A stretch of 64,000 bases of DNA from Adineta vaga. Taxonomy: Eukaryota > Animalia > Rotifera. Made by a program: the position numbers and the translations under genes. Where the stretch lies: assembly GCA_021613535.1 (NCBI GenBank), contig CP075492.1:1178001-1242000 (forward strand), read 5' to 3'. The notes beneath the pieces were generated by a model. That model was not told the origin of the DNA, did not search any database, and saw only the letters and a list, made by a program, of their open reading frames with translations. Below are positions 36,512 through 49,942 of the stretch, piece after piece (position 1 is the first letter of the stretch; the number at the start of each line of letters is the position of its first letter).

Positions 36512-39500
36512 CGTCAAAGTGTCAATTCATGAAATGAATGGAACTGAAAAGAAAAGATTCTACAATAAACAAAAGTGTAATATTTTCTCTCATTCCCTAC
36601 CACTCCCACTCTCTCTCTATTTTCTATATTTATTCCATTAGTTAAATAAGAAACTATATACGTTCATAATTTTCATTGTATTTATTCAAATAGAAAAAGA
36701 AACAAAGATCTTATGAAATAATTTAGTTTAGAAAATAACTAATTCGAAATGAAAAATCAATCGAATGTTCATTCTATACTTATAGATATGACAAAGAAAA
36801 TTTTAGATAAATATCAATTTTTTTAACTCAGATCTTTTTATTTCACCATGATTTTCGATTGTTTTCCTAGAGTGAAGAAGCTAGAATTTGGCAGAAAGTC
36901 TAGAAATACTGCTAGGAACAGCCATCGGACGTCTTCTTTTATAGTACTAAACGAAAAATGCCAAAATTAGAGTATTTCTGAAAAATTTTGGTTATCAGAA
37001 ACTGTTTTTCTTTCTTTTTCTGCTAGAATATAGTGGAAAAGAGCTTGTAATCTCGACTGATGGCAAGTTTTAGCAAGAACTTTTCGAAAATTTCGTATAA
37101 ACAAATTTTATTTTTTAAAATTATGCTTGAATCTGGCTCCTCGCAGCTCTCCTTTCCTAGATCGTCGATCATGTATTCCGCTATGATGATTAGTTTACTT
37201 CAATCATTGCTAAGCACCTACGAAACAAAAGGAATTGATTAGAAGAAAAACTCTGACAGCACATAGTTTATGAGCGCAGCTATTGTCAACTATAATAATA
37301 AAAATCACCGAGTTTCAATAAACAAATGTCTTTTAAATCCTGACAACAGAAAAAAAGTCGTTTAGAAACAATTACATTTTCATAATGAATATTAGAAGAA
37401 CGGGAAAAAAGAAAAGGCAATTAATAATTAAAAATAATCTTATGAATTAGTTTTTCTCTTATTCATCGCCATATTTACCATCTATATTATTGAAATATTT
37501 CAGTTTCTCATTCTCTATACGATAAGAAAGAGATCAACTGATGATCATGTTAGAATCTATTGGTTACCATAGAAGTATCACATAACATTTGTGTAAATTA
37601 GATAAGACTATCTCGAATAACTTTTATTAGTCTTTCCAAAGTCTCGTGAGAGAATAATTTTTTTAAAGATTATTCCGATTCATCTATTTGAATATTGAGA
37701 TCTTGAACAATTCATATGAATTCTTCTGTCGATTTAGACGTATTCTCATATATTTCAGAATGACTGTTGTCTCTCTTGTTTTATAGGACAAGATCGGTGT
37801 TATTAAAGAAATATTATCCTAAAATATTTTATAGTAAAACATTAAAATAGAAAATATGTGACTATGGATATAACTAAAATAAACAAAAATTCTCTAATTG
37901 AAAGGAAGATAATCAAATAATATGACATTTTTCGATTGATTAAGAGTATGTATGAGATTGTTATACTGAAAATGTTGAAGACTATGTGTTCTTATTGAAT
38001 TGAGTTATTATAAACTTTCAATTTAATGTCATTTTAATTGATAACTGGAAAGAAAAACAGAAAGATAATTTTAATTTATCCAACAAAATCGTTCTATTTA
38101 GATAATTTCAGTGTTCTCTATCAAATGAAATGTAAATGAAGAGAATCGGAATAAAATAAAATAATGAACATATTATCATTCAAAAAAACATGTATTTCAT
38201 TTGACTAAGAACTTTTCATCTAAATTATTAAAAAAAATTGAGCAGAAAATATATACACACGAAGAGAGAAAAGAAGAAAGAAATGTTTCCGTTCTTTTTT
38301 TTGTTTCCATAGAGTTTATTCAGAAGAATGAGAAGTATTTAATGAAAATAAATTTAAAAGATGAACTTTTTGCTTTCTTCATTAGTTTAGAAGCGAGCAA
38401 CTTCCTTCTGTTTCGATTCGTTTTGTAAAATGGAGAGATGAAATTATAAAGGAGAAATGACAAGCGTGTACACTTTTCTTCTTCAATAATTACTTGATTG
38501 AAATTTCTTTTCTTTATATTCAACAAATTTCTTTACGATATTCTAGAAAAATTGTTATGACAATTTATCAACAAGTTTTTAAATAAAAATATGGATTATG
38601 TATTCTTCTTGAGGGTGTGGGTGAGAGTTAAGAGCGTAGCCTAATGTACACCTACACCCACCCACCCTAAATATTGTTATCAGTTGATAATGCATTGTTT
38701 GAATGTTTTATTCACTGGAAGAGTTTTTTCAATAATCTTCTCTATCAATTTTATTCTTCGGAAACTATAAATTAATAAAGACTACACATTTAACACGTTC
38801 ATTTAGAAAAAGATGAGTGAAAATTTTTCGGTTAACCATTAATTTGATTTCTTATTTATAGTTATCATCAAAAAAGTTGGATTTTGTTTTTATAAAAAAA
38901 AATTGACTTTAAACGATTTTGTTTTACACAATAATTAAGATCAAAGACGTTTCAATATCTTTTTTGTTTACTGATGAAAATTGCAGATCTCCAGTACTTT
39001 TCGTTCTTGAGTTATTTCAAAACAACTACCGATGGCCATCCTTTGTTGTTGACATATATTAGAAGCCTGAGGTTTTCTCCGTTGGAAATAGATGATGAAG
39101 GTGCAAAGAAAAACTATATGAGAAAATCTTTTTAACTATTTCGAGTGACATGTCTTATGTCTTTTTTTCACTAATACACGACTCTCTCTCTCCCTTACTT
39201 CCTGTTTTTTTGTATTCTTTATCTTTCTTTAAGATATTCTAAAAATATAATTAGTTGATAGTTATATAGAGTAAGACACACTCGAGAATACCAAAACGCA
39301 ATGTTATTCGAAATCATTTTGAATTTATACACCAAAATTTGATAAAATATCCTTTTTTTCTAGCGTAGTTCTTTAATGTCAGGATTTAATATAGTATATT
39401 CTTTTCTATTTTCATATCTTTTTAAGATTTAGATATTTTCCCTGATCCTGTCAGTCGACTAGCTTTATTATAAGATAAAAGTTACAACAATGAAAAGTAT

Positions 39501-39853
39501 TCATGTATCGCCGATAGATTAAACCATCAATTTCAAAGATTCGTAATCAATTAATCACCGTTGATTTTCTCATTTTGAGTCATATCATATCATTCACACT
39601 TAATAAAATATAAATAAAGTAAAATCATCTACGATTTTGATGAAAGTTTTCTTTTTTGAATATCATATTTGTTACAACACACTTGCCTCTTCCTATTCGG
39701 AAATGCACTCAAAAGGAAATCCGTCCGTTTGTGTTTTTATCTAATGCATTAAAATAGGAAAAAAAACAAAATGCATGCACATATGTTTGTGTCAATTTAG
39801 TAAAGAAAAGCTCTGTTTTATGTAAGAATATTTTTTCATTTTTTTCTAAAATT

Positions 39854-42800
39854 ATGATTATATTTAAGGTGATCTTCGTTCTCAATCTGTGTATATCAGT
39901 AAATGCTTCGTATCTACTTTACGATTCGAATATTCCTCAAGGTTCTTATCGAACATATGATTGTCTTTATGCTCATTTAATCGAAAGTGGAAAAGAATTT
40001 GGAAAAACTTATTTACAAAACTATCATTTGATTCCCTATTGTCGACGACCTGATGATAATGAAGAAGAAGATTATGAAATTCAATATCCTATTCGTGAAA
40101 ATATTGCGCAAACATTAAGTTTTAAACAATTGAAAAGTGAACAAGTGACAAGTGAAAAATTACTTCAATGGTTTTCTCCGATTAATATTGCAGAAAATTA
40201 TGAAAGATTTCTCAATGATTCTGATGTTTTTCATAATTGTTCATCACCTTGGTTTGGTTCAATGTGTCAATATAAATTTCCTTTTGAACAAAATGTATCA
40301 TTCGAAAAGATTATTGAAATAACCTTTGAAAAACAATATGATATTCAAGTTAATATTTCTCATGGAACATGTTATCGATTTCTAACGAATTGTAATGAAA
40401 GATCATGGCCATTATGTCTTGATTGGCATGATATTTGTGATGGAAAATTTGATTGTCTCAATGGTGAAGATGAAGAATTTTGCGAAGAATTAGAAATGAC
40501 GAATTGTAATAAGAATGAATATCGATGTCATTACGGCGGTCAATGTATTTCACGAAGATTTTTAAAAGATGGTAAATTCAGTATTGATTGTCTTGATGGC
40601 AGTGATGAAGGTCAAGATCCTGATCGTTTTATTGAATTGGAAAACATAAATTGTCCGTTACAATCCACATTTCGATGTCAAGAACATATTGGTCGATATA
40701 CAAATTCTTTTCAATGTGGTGATGGTGATTATATGCTTGGTATTACTCTACCAAATAGTGTAACGTATTGTTCAAATGAAAAAGATAAAAAAGTATCTCT
40801 TTCTTTACTTACGAATATGGAACATATTTTAAATATTCATTGTCAAAAAGCATTCTATTGTGCACTGCATGCCAATCGAAAATTTGGCTATGGAGTTACA
40901 CTTGGTTCAGGTATTGAATTATTTCCAATTTTGGAAGATATTAGAGATGAAGATTGTGAACTTTTATCTGAACATTGTGAATTAGAATGGCTGGTAATAC
41001 CGGCTGTTCCTATTTTATTCGGATTTTTTCAATTTGTCTATTTTACTAATCGATCAATTAATGATTTTAAAATATCGATAGAACCTGATCTCATATGTTT
41101 TCATGAACGAGCATGTCCTTCATTGTTAATGGATATACTTCCTATTCAATATATTAATGGATTAACATGTTTTTCTCCTGTAAATTTATCATTGATTTAT
41201 GAATTAAGCGATTTTAATGATGCATTTACTGCATTTTCACATTACAATACGTATTGTCGAACGAAAGGTACTGATTTGTCGTGTACAAATTCATTGAATT
41301 TCTTTTGTAATCAATCGATGAAATGTATTTCATATAATCGTGTTGGTGATGGTAACGTTGATTGTTATTATCGCGAAGACGAACAATTTAATGCATGTCA
41401 TTTGAACGATTCAAATCGATTTCAATGTTTATCAGATTCAACAAAATGTTTATTACAAGTTGCGATTGGTAATCAAATGATCGATTGTCATGATGATGAA
41501 GACGAACTATTTGCTTATACTCAAGATTTGTTTGTATTAATACCTTATCCATATATATGTAATCGAGATTCAAACTTTTTTACTTATTCCTATTCAATGA
41601 ATCATACAGATGAATCGAATTGTCATTGGTGGCCTTGTAATAATCCCTATACACGTTGTAATCAACTTTTAGATTGTTCAAATGGTATCGATGAACTTAA
41701 TTGTCCGAATTCGAAATGTTCTTTCAATGAATATGAATGTTATAATGAACAATTGGAATTATTTTATTGTATATCATTAATTGATATGTATGATAAATAT
41801 TCCAATTCATGTAATGAAATACCTGTTGAACGTAATGTTTACTTTTATAACGGAACAAATGATATTAGTAGAGATTACTTTTCGTGGAATAATAGTCAAT
41901 GTGTAAATTTCGAGATACTCTGTCGATTGAATTTCTCTTTCGAAGAAAATATTTGTCTCTATTCATTAATAGATAATTTCTATTGGATCATTGACTACAA
42001 TGTCAAACTTATTCCAAATGACGAAAATCTTTGTAGATTTCGTTTTGATTATGATTCAAATACACTTCCTTATTTTAAAACAACTCAATTAGGATATTTT
42101 CCATCATTATCAATAAATCATTCAAATTCAATTCTATCTCAAACGAATCCCACGAAAAGATTCATCGTATCGGATAAGAATGTTGAATCAGTTTTCTATT
42201 GTCATCGTGGTATTCTTGTGTTAAGTGGTTTAAATCAAACAAAAGCATGTTTTTGTCCACCAAATTATTTCGGATCGCAATGTCAATGGCAAAATCAACG
42301 TATCAGTTTAACAATTCAGTTAGTATGGCATAGTGTAACATTTCAAATGATCATATTTGAATTGATTATCATGCTTATTAATGAACAAGGACAAATTGAA
42401 CCATATCATGAACGAATTACTTATATGCCCGATCGAGATTGTAATACAAAATATAATCTTTATTTACTTTATCCAGATCGACCTAAATCTTTATCGAAGA
42501 ATTATTCAATTCGTATTGATATCTATGAAAAAACAAATTTAATCTATTGGGCAAGTTGGTATCTACCTATACCTTTTCAATTCTTACCGGTTAATCGAAT
42601 TGCTACTCAAATATCGATTCCCGAACAACCGAATCGCGAGTCATGTACTCTCTCATGTGGTGAACATGGTAAATGTATGAATTATATCAATAATAAATCA
42701 TTCAATTTTTGTCTATGTAATAATGGATATTCCGGTCCTTATTGTAATGTTAAACATCAATGTTATTGTGCTGATAATTCATTCTGTTTAACTTCATCGA

Positions 42801-44566
42801 TATGTATCTGTCCGTTGAATAAATTTGGTTCATATTGTCATTTAAAACATTCGATTTGTCAAGTAAAGACGAATAATTCATGTGAACATAATGGAATTTG
42901 TATTCCAAAAGATGATCGAATTGATTTAAAAGAATTTACTTGTTTTTGTCCTGAAGACTATTCAGGAAAACGATGTGAAATTCGTAATAGTCGTGTTGAT
43001 ATACAATTAAATGAAGAAATAAGATCTATTACATCATTATTATTAATACATCTGATCACAGCATTTCATTATGCTGAACATGAACGACGAACTTTATTGA
43101 AAAAACTTTCTCCAAATCAGAAAATTTTAACAATTTATATGACAAAACCATTTCATCTTGTTTTCGTACAAATACCAAATCAATTTTATTATTTAACAAT
43201 CCTTCGAGAAGTATATCAACCTTCGGAATATATTCGTACAGAAATACAAATGAAGAAACGTTGTTTTTCAAGTAATCAACTTCTTAATGAAACACAACAA
43301 CACTATGATTATTTTCGTCAAGTTAAATATTATCCATTATTATGTCGAAAAAATCTCAAATTAGAATGTTTTTACGATCAAGAACATATGTGTATATGTG
43401 ATCAAGATCGATTTGCTAATTGTTTTCTATTTAATCATACAATTTCTAATGATTGTTCAGATTATAATTATTGTGAAAATCAAGGTCAATGTTTTCAAAA
43501 TAATGCAACATGTCCAACAAAATTAACTTGTATCTGTCGAGATTGTTATTATGGTGGTAAATGTCAATTTTCAACGAAAGGTTTTATATTTTCACTTGAT
43601 ACAATTCTTGCTTATCATATTAAACCAAAAGTTTCACTAAGTCAACAATCATTCATTATTAAAATAAGTATTTTCATCAGTACAATTCTATTTTTAATTG
43701 GATTAATTAATGGTTTATTAGCATTTGTTACATTTCGTCGAATTAAAGTCAGACGAATGGGAAGTGGATATTATCTTTTATCTTCATCAATTGTTTCTAT
43801 ATTTACAATCATTACATTAACATATAAATTTTGGTTTTTAATTATTTCTCAAACATCTTTTATAACAAATCGATCTTTACTTCATTTAAATTGTATTTTA
43901 ATCGATGTTCTTCTTCGAATACTTCTTGCATCAAGTGAATGGTTGAATTGTTGTGTATCAATTGAAAGAATGTTTAGTGTTATTATGGGTACTCATTTTC
44001 AAAGAAAGAAAAGTATTCGATTTTCTAAACGAATCATTGTAATTATATTTATCTTAGTAACATCGACACATATGCATGAAGCACTTTATCGTCAATTAAT
44101 TGATGATTTTGATATCGATGAACATAGAATTTGGTGTTTTGTTCGATATTCATCTTTGATTCAAAAATATAATTCATTTATTACTCTTTTTCATTTTCTT
44201 ACACCTTTTTCAATTAATATTATCTCGTCGTATTGGATGATTACTCAATTAGCTTATAGACGACATGATGTAGAACGTGGTCAAACATTAAAAGATCATT
44301 TGAAACATCAAATTCAACAACATCAACATCTTTTATATTCACCTTTGATATTAATATTATTAAGTTTACCTCGTTTGATCATTTCATTTACACATACTTG
44401 TATGAGATCAACACAGGAACCATGGTTATTTTTAATCGGTTACTTTCTTTCATTTGTTTCGTCAATGTCGATATTTATCGTTTTTGTATTACCATCAAAC
44501 ATGTATAAAGCAGAATTCAATGCAGTCGTCGAACAAATCTTAAAAAAATTTCGTACAACTCAGTAA
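39854..44566 (+). CDS. Large receptor: signal peptide + LDL-receptor class A repeats + EGF-like repeats + C-terminal rhodopsin-like 7TM; intronless, 1570 aa
   Basis: CDGKFDCLNGEDE, DCLDGSDE, DCSNGIDE (LDLa); CxCxxxYxGxxC (EGF); seven TMs with SIER motif and WC in ECL2. Confidence 0.9.
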   Translation: MIIFKVIFVLNLCISVNASYLLYDSNIPQGSYRTYDCLYAHLIESGKEFGKTYLQNYHLIPYCRRPDDNEEEDYEIQYPIRENIAQTLSFKQLKSEQVTSEKLLQWFSPINIAENYERFLNDSDVFHNCSSPWFGSMCQYKFPFEQNVSFEKIIEITFEKQYDIQVNISHGTCYRFLTNCNERSWPLCLDWHDICDGKFDCLNGEDEEFCEELEMTNCNKNEYRCHYGGQCISRRFLKDGKFSIDCLDGSDEGQDPDRFIELENINCPLQSTFRCQEHIGRYTNSFQCGDGDYMLGITLPNSVTYCSNEKDKKVSLSLLTNMEHILNIHCQKAFYCALHANRKFGYGVTLGSGIELFPILEDIRDEDCELLSEHCELEWLVIPAVPILFGFFQFVYFTNRSINDFKISIEPDLICFHERACPSLLMDILPIQYINGLTCFSPVNLSLIYELSDFNDAFTAFSHYNTYCRTKGTDLSCTNSLNFFCNQSMKCISYNRVGDGNVDCYYREDEQFNACHLNDSNRFQCLSDSTKCLLQVAIGNQMIDCHDDEDELFAYTQDLFVLIPYPYICNRDSNFFTYSYSMNHTDESNCHWWPCNNPYTRCNQLLDCSNGIDELNCPNSKCSFNEYECYNEQLELFYCISLIDMYDKYSNSCNEIPVERNVYFYNGTNDISRDYFSWNNSQCVNFEILCRLNFSFEENICLYSLIDNFYWIIDYNVKLIPNDENLCRFRFDYDSNTLPYFKTTQLGYFPSLSINHSNSILSQTNPTKRFIVSDKNVESVFYCHRGILVLSGLNQTKACFCPPNYFGSQCQWQNQRISLTIQLVWHSVTFQMIIFELIIMLINEQGQIEPYHERITYMPDRDCNTKYNLYLLYPDRPKSLSKNYSIRIDIYEKTNLIYWASWYLPIPFQFLPVNRIATQISIPEQPNRESCTLSCGEHGKCMNYINNKSFNFCLCNNGYSGPYCNVKHQCYCADNSFCLTSSICICPLNKFGSYCHLKHSICQVKTNNSCEHNGICIPKDDRIDLKEFTCFCPEDYSGKRCEIRNSRVDIQLNEEIRSITSLLLIHLITAFHYAEHERRTLLKKLSPNQKILTIYMTKPFHLVFVQIPNQFYYLTILREVYQPSEYIRTEIQMKKRCFSSNQLLNETQQHYDYFRQVKYYPLLCRKNLKLECFYDQEHMCICDQDRFANCFLFNHTISNDCSDYNYCENQGQCFQNNATCPTKLTCICRDCYYGGKCQFSTKGFIFSLDTILAYHIKPKVSLSQQSFIIKISIFISTILFLIGLINGLLAFVTFRRIKVRRMGSGYYLLSSSIVSIFTIITLTYKFWFLIISQTSFITNRSLLHLNCILIDVLLRILLASSEWLNCCVSIERMFSVIMGTHFQRKKSIRFSKRIIVIIFILVTSTHMHEALYRQLIDDFDIDEHRIWCFVRYSSLIQKYNSFITLFHFLTPFSINIISSYWMITQLAYRRHDVERGQTLKDHLKHQIQQHQHLLYSPLILILLSLPRLIISFTHTCMRSTQEPWLFLIGYFLSFVSSMSIFIVFVLPSNMYKAEFNAVVEQILKKFRTTQ

Positions 44567-45103
44567 TCTCGTAAAAACTCGCTTCTTTCTCTTTTGTTGT
44601 CGTCATGTTGATTCAATTCAGTTTTACAGAGTGTTATCTAATGAACTAGAGTTCATGTATACTTGTACGTATCAGCAATTTAAAAAAAGTTATTTCAAAG
44701 ATATTTGCGACATATTGTTATATAATTCTCTAACATTTTTTACTATCCTAATAAATTGAATAAACTTGATCTCATTCTTCGTTATCTGTATCATTTTTCT
44801 TTCTTACGAGCTTAAAAACATGAATAATTACCAAATTTCACTATTTTTATGATAAACACTTTACGAATAAACATTCTCTGGTATTTTTATTGTCTAGAAT
44901 GAAAAATCATAAACGTCAAAATTCTTTTGACATGTTTTGAATATAAATAAAAATTATTAAACAAAAAGAAAAAGAAAATGAGAATCATTCTCAATAAAAT
45001 TCAAGTTGAAATAAAAATAAAACATTTTAATGGAATAAATGAAAATCATAAAAGCAACGTTTATTCCAATCATTTTCTATTCATATTATATAGAGTATAC
45101 ATA

Positions 45104-46023
45104 ATGTCGATTAAATTATTCTTATCTTTGATTCTTTTTTCTACAAGTTAGATTCATTTCCTTTTTGTTGTTGATATTTTCAAAATTTCTATAATCTAGA
45201 TCAAACTATCAATGCATTGAATTATTCATGTAATAAAAATGATATTGGTATAGGATTTATATTATCTTCATCATTTCATTCGACATGGAATTCAATATCA
45301 AATTGTTCATTACAACAATATAATATATATTCATCAAATAATGCGACTTATTGTCGTTTACAATCAACACCTTGTTTTGATTATCGTACAATGAATAATA
45401 CAAGTTATTGTGCACCTGGAATTGAATGTTCAATCTTAGCACTATGTGATAATATTACTCATACATGTACATCAAATCAATCAATATGTATTATTAACTC
45501 ATGTTGTTCATCACAATTTGTATGTTTACCATTAATAGCAATGAGTTTTTGTCGAACATACGTATAACAATTTTATAATAATCAACTAAATTTCCTTGAT
45601 ATGATGTTAATTTTAGGATGGTTTGATACTGGACGTATGAATTATGCACGATGGTATCATACAGCATCGGTATTATCTAATGGAAAAATATTAGTCGTTG
45701 ATCAATGGGGTTTTGGTAGTTTATTGAATAAATCTGAAATATATGATTCATCAACAGGTATGTGGACATCTTTTAGTTACTTAGCTAATAGAACATTTTG
45801 GCGTGTTGAAGCAGTATTGTCTAATGGACAACTTCTAATAGTTGATGGTTATTATAAAATGCAGTTGTATAATCCATCAACAGACAGTTGGACGTTGATC
45901 GGTGATAGAAGCAACATGCCGACTGGATACATACCGTATTTATTAAATGATGGAAGAATTTTAATAACAGGTGGACATGATGTTAATGGTACTGCTGTAA
46001 ATCTTGCACAATTATATTATTAA
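45104..46023 (+). CDS. Small secreted Cys-rich domain + 3 Kelch repeats; exons 45104-45146, 45200-45561, 45617-46023
   Basis: Signal-peptide exon joins exon 2 in phase 1; Cys-rich block; RWYHTASVLSNGKILV, LYNPSTDSW, GRILITGG. The exon 2 donor (phase 0) and exon 3 acceptor (phase 1) disagree by 1 nt, so the gene is damaged or mis-sequenced. Confidence 0.65.
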
Positions 46024-47023
46024 TATCATTCTTTATTTTATATTTGAAAAACTATTCAATTGTCTTCTATTGATCTTTTAAATCTGTTTAGTATTTTTTC
46101 TCTAAAATGTAATTCACTAAAACGCTAAACTATTATCCTACGATAGTAAAAGATAAACACACTTAGAACCACAATCCATATGTACAAGATTATTTTTCAT
46201 AGCATCTTCTTAAGTCAAAAAATCTTAAAGTGATCAGAACAACTTTCAAAGATATTCTTCAAATAGACTAATAAATATCGAATATCAAAATTAAGTTCAC
46301 TTTTTACCAATTTTCTTTTGTTTTGCATTATTAAATGACTAACAGATAAACAATATTTATTCCCCACTGTTAACACATAAAGACAATAGAACGAACAAAC
46401 TTATCATTACGAAAGTAACTGCAGTTTTGTCCTTCTTCTATCGGCAGTGTGTCACATTTAATAAAATGCAATTCTTACGTAATAGAAATGAGTAATGGGA
46501 ACCAACGACTATAAACGTGATAAATCTTATCTAACTTCTTATCCAGGATGAAAATTACCAATAAATAAAAGCATATATAAATAAACACGTTTTGTAACAA
46601 TATTTATCATAACAAACAAATAATTAGTAATATAAAATAAACACCATGCAATCAGGAAAGAGACTACATTGACAGGATTATATATTACAAGTTTTGTGAT
46701 GTATGATGTACTTATTTGGTTGCGAACAAATTACGATGTGGAAGAATATATACATTCAATTTTGAGATTGTTTATGGATTGTTTCTAAGTAGAACACAAA
46801 AAAATCTAACAACAGGTATCACTTATAATCTTAATATTTGAAACATAAAATATTTTTCAGGAAACTTTAGGAACGACTGAAGTTCAAATACGACTCTCTC
46901 AATCTTAGCCAAAAGTGAATCTGACATTATTACTTCCCATACAACCTATAAATATAAAATGAAAGTTTTTAGTTAAGGATCATAATTTATCTATTTTTTT
47001 TTAACTATTTCTTTCTAGATCAA

Positions 47024-47879
47024 ATGTCGTATTCATATAATCCTAGACAGGATAGATCTGATTACACGATACCTATTGTTACTCAAGATGAATTTTATAA
47101 AAAGAACTTTTTCAAATGTTATGATCAGACGATACGAAATTTTGACAAAGCGTTCGTTATCAATTCGCTTCGTGCTTTAGAAGATGGTTCTGGTAAATTC
47201 TCCAGCATAATTCAAAGTATAGAAAATGAATCCGACGATTACGATGTAATTCGAACATATAGTTCAGATATGTTTGTTCATCATCAAAAATTTTATTGTT
47301 ATGTAAATCAACAACTTTGTGCAGATAATATGGAGACAATATCAAAACTTATGCCTATGATTCGTAGAGCTACTCGTCAAATTAACTATCAAGCACCAGC
47401 ATCAACATTAGTTGTATATCGTGGTATGACTTTGAATGATAGTCAGAGAGCTTCTTTATAACTGGAACTATATTTCGATTTCCAGGATTTACTTCAACAT
47501 CTACATCGATATATAATGCACAGATTTTTGGCAATACTTTATTTGAGATTCATATTTATGCTGGATGTGTACAAGTAAGAAATATATATCAAATGTCTCG
47601 TATTATCCAGGTGAAAAAGAATATTTATTTTCTCCTTTTTCATTGTTTGAAGTTTCCGGTAGATATGACAATCGAATTGTATTAAAAGCAATTGATAATA
47701 TGAGCAAAATTGATATGAATAATTCACAAGAGAATACACAAACTGATTCGATATTTCCAACGTATAATCCACAAGAGAGTGTACAGAATTATTCGGTATT
47801 GCCAAAGAATAAGTCAAAATTGAATGTGCACAATGATTCGATATTCTCAAAGGAGAATAACGGATGTACATTATTATGA
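47024..47879 (+). CDS. Stand-alone ADP-ribosyltransferase (R-S-E clade) with C-terminal CaaX; two apparent frameshifts (~47457, ~47585)
   Basis: VVYRGM in the first frame, FRFPGFTSTS..FGNTLFEI in the next frame, SYYPGEKEYLFSPFS in the third; ends GCTLL*. Shifts fall in a T-run and an (AT)n run. Confidence 0.75.
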
Positions 47880-48264
47880 GCGAATTAATTTTCTGATTTT
47901 ACTATTTAAGTTATTTATTCATAATAAACGTCTTTATACGACATAGAATGAATGTTAATCTTTTACGAAAGATGAAAATTAGATAATATTTTCGAAGATC
48001 TATCAGCAAAAGTCGAGCAACTTTCACACATTTAATCAAAATCTGTGCCAGCAGTCATCGAATAATCTCGACATTTTCCCTAATTATTGAGACTTTAGAT
48101 TAAACGAATTTTCACATTCTCACTCTCAAAATGTTTTTAATATAGAAATTTTAAAATTAATAAAATAATGACGTCTTGAGGATGTGGGTGTGAATTTTAT
48201 GATTTAAATCCTCATCCATACTCTCGAGAAACATCGTACATAGAAATTTTGACAATAAAATCTG

Positions 48265-49942
48265 TTAGAGACGTGAAAATTTTTGTATTCTATGGTTTCC
48301 ATAATCAGCTACGTATACATTAAATTGAGCGTCGACAGTTAGTCCATAAGGCGTATTTAGTTGAAGAGAACTGCTACCTGCCGAATATGTAATACCAGCT
48401 ATCGTCGTACCATTCGACTGACCAGCTAAGAAAAATTGTATTCGATGATTCGTTGTATCGGCGACATATATATTGCCCATGGAATCAAGTGTTACATCTG
48501 CAGGGTAATAAAGTAACATTGATGTAATTCCAGGTGATCCTCCAATACCAGCTACCAGTGTCCAATTACTGTTTCCCACTATCCAACGAACAATATTGTG
48601 AGCGCCAAAATTTGCAATAAAGAGACTGTTTGATGACGAATCAAAGTAGAGACCAATAGGATGATATAACTGTGTATTACTGTATCCGGGACCGTTTCCA
48701 CCAGCAACAATACTGCCCGACGATGCGCCAGGTAAATATTGCATCACACGATGATTATCATAATCTGATACATATAGTATACCTGTGTTCGAATCATATG
48801 CAATGTCTTGGGGTAGGTTTAGTTGATTATTTGAAGATCCTAACGCACCTAGAAAATATTTACACATACATATTTGATTAATACAATAGAGAGAATAAGA
48901 AATTGTATGGATTTAAAAAAAAAACTTTGTACATATTATCTTTATCTAAAGCAAACATTTCTTACCAGTACCAGCTACCAGTGTTCCTGAAGATCCATTC
49001 TGAGCCCAAAACAGAACTCGATAATTATATATGTCAGCTATAAACATATTACCACTAGAATCGATTACTACACTGCCCGGTTGATTCAAATAATTCAATC
49101 CAGAACCTGATATTCCATTGAATTGTCCCGCTAGGGTTGTACCATTAGAAGCGTTCGAGAACCATTTCTGAATACGATTATTATAACGATCAGCAATAAA
49201 AAGTGTATTCGATGTATCCACTGCCAAACTAAATGGACTATAGAGCTTGTTACTAGCTGTACCAGAATTACCAGCAATGCCAGCTACGGTTTGACCTGTT
49301 GTATTCCATACATACGAGAAATTGCTTTCTGCAAAGAATAGAACCATCTTTGTTTATCGAATGTATTTTTGATGACAATATTAAAGGACAACTGTATCTC
49401 TTCACCGTTTTGGTCTTTATGAAACTAGTCTATATGATCAAAAAATACTTTGTACCTTTACTAATACAAATAAACGAGAAGTCAGTCATTAAAATCCATC
49501 GAAAGATATTAGAAAAACCTTATTCTGACTCAAATGATCTCATATAAATCATTGAAAAGCTGAAACGCTATATAATTTCAATTGAACATAAATGTATATG
49601 GTATTTTTTTTAAATATAAATAAACTTACTATTTGACTGAACACTATTTATTGATATTACTGTTTGATTTCTAAATATAAAAGACGAATTGAAATTCAAT
49701 GAGATTAAAACGGAACTGTTAGCAAAGCTAAATGATTGACAAGTATGATTTGTGTGAAAATAGTTCAAAGCAGAGAATAATAATGGATTTAATTGTACCA
49801 TTTGACATATACATTGAGCAAGAGTTATATTTACTAATAAATTATTTGCTGATACACCAATCATTATATTATTATCTATTTTACCAATCATAACAGAATC
49901 AATCATAGGAAATAACGATAAAATAATAAATATCCAAAACAT
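48265..49942 (-). CDS. Secreted protein: signal peptide + PAN-like domain + NHL-repeat propeller; exons 49942-49630, 49328-48966, 48848-48265
   Basis: Six NHL repeats (P..LAVD....LFIADRYNNRIQKW; IYVADTTNHRIQ; VYVADYGNHRIQKF); CICQM..ALNYF..NHTCQ; both introns phase 1, in frame. Confidence 0.88.
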
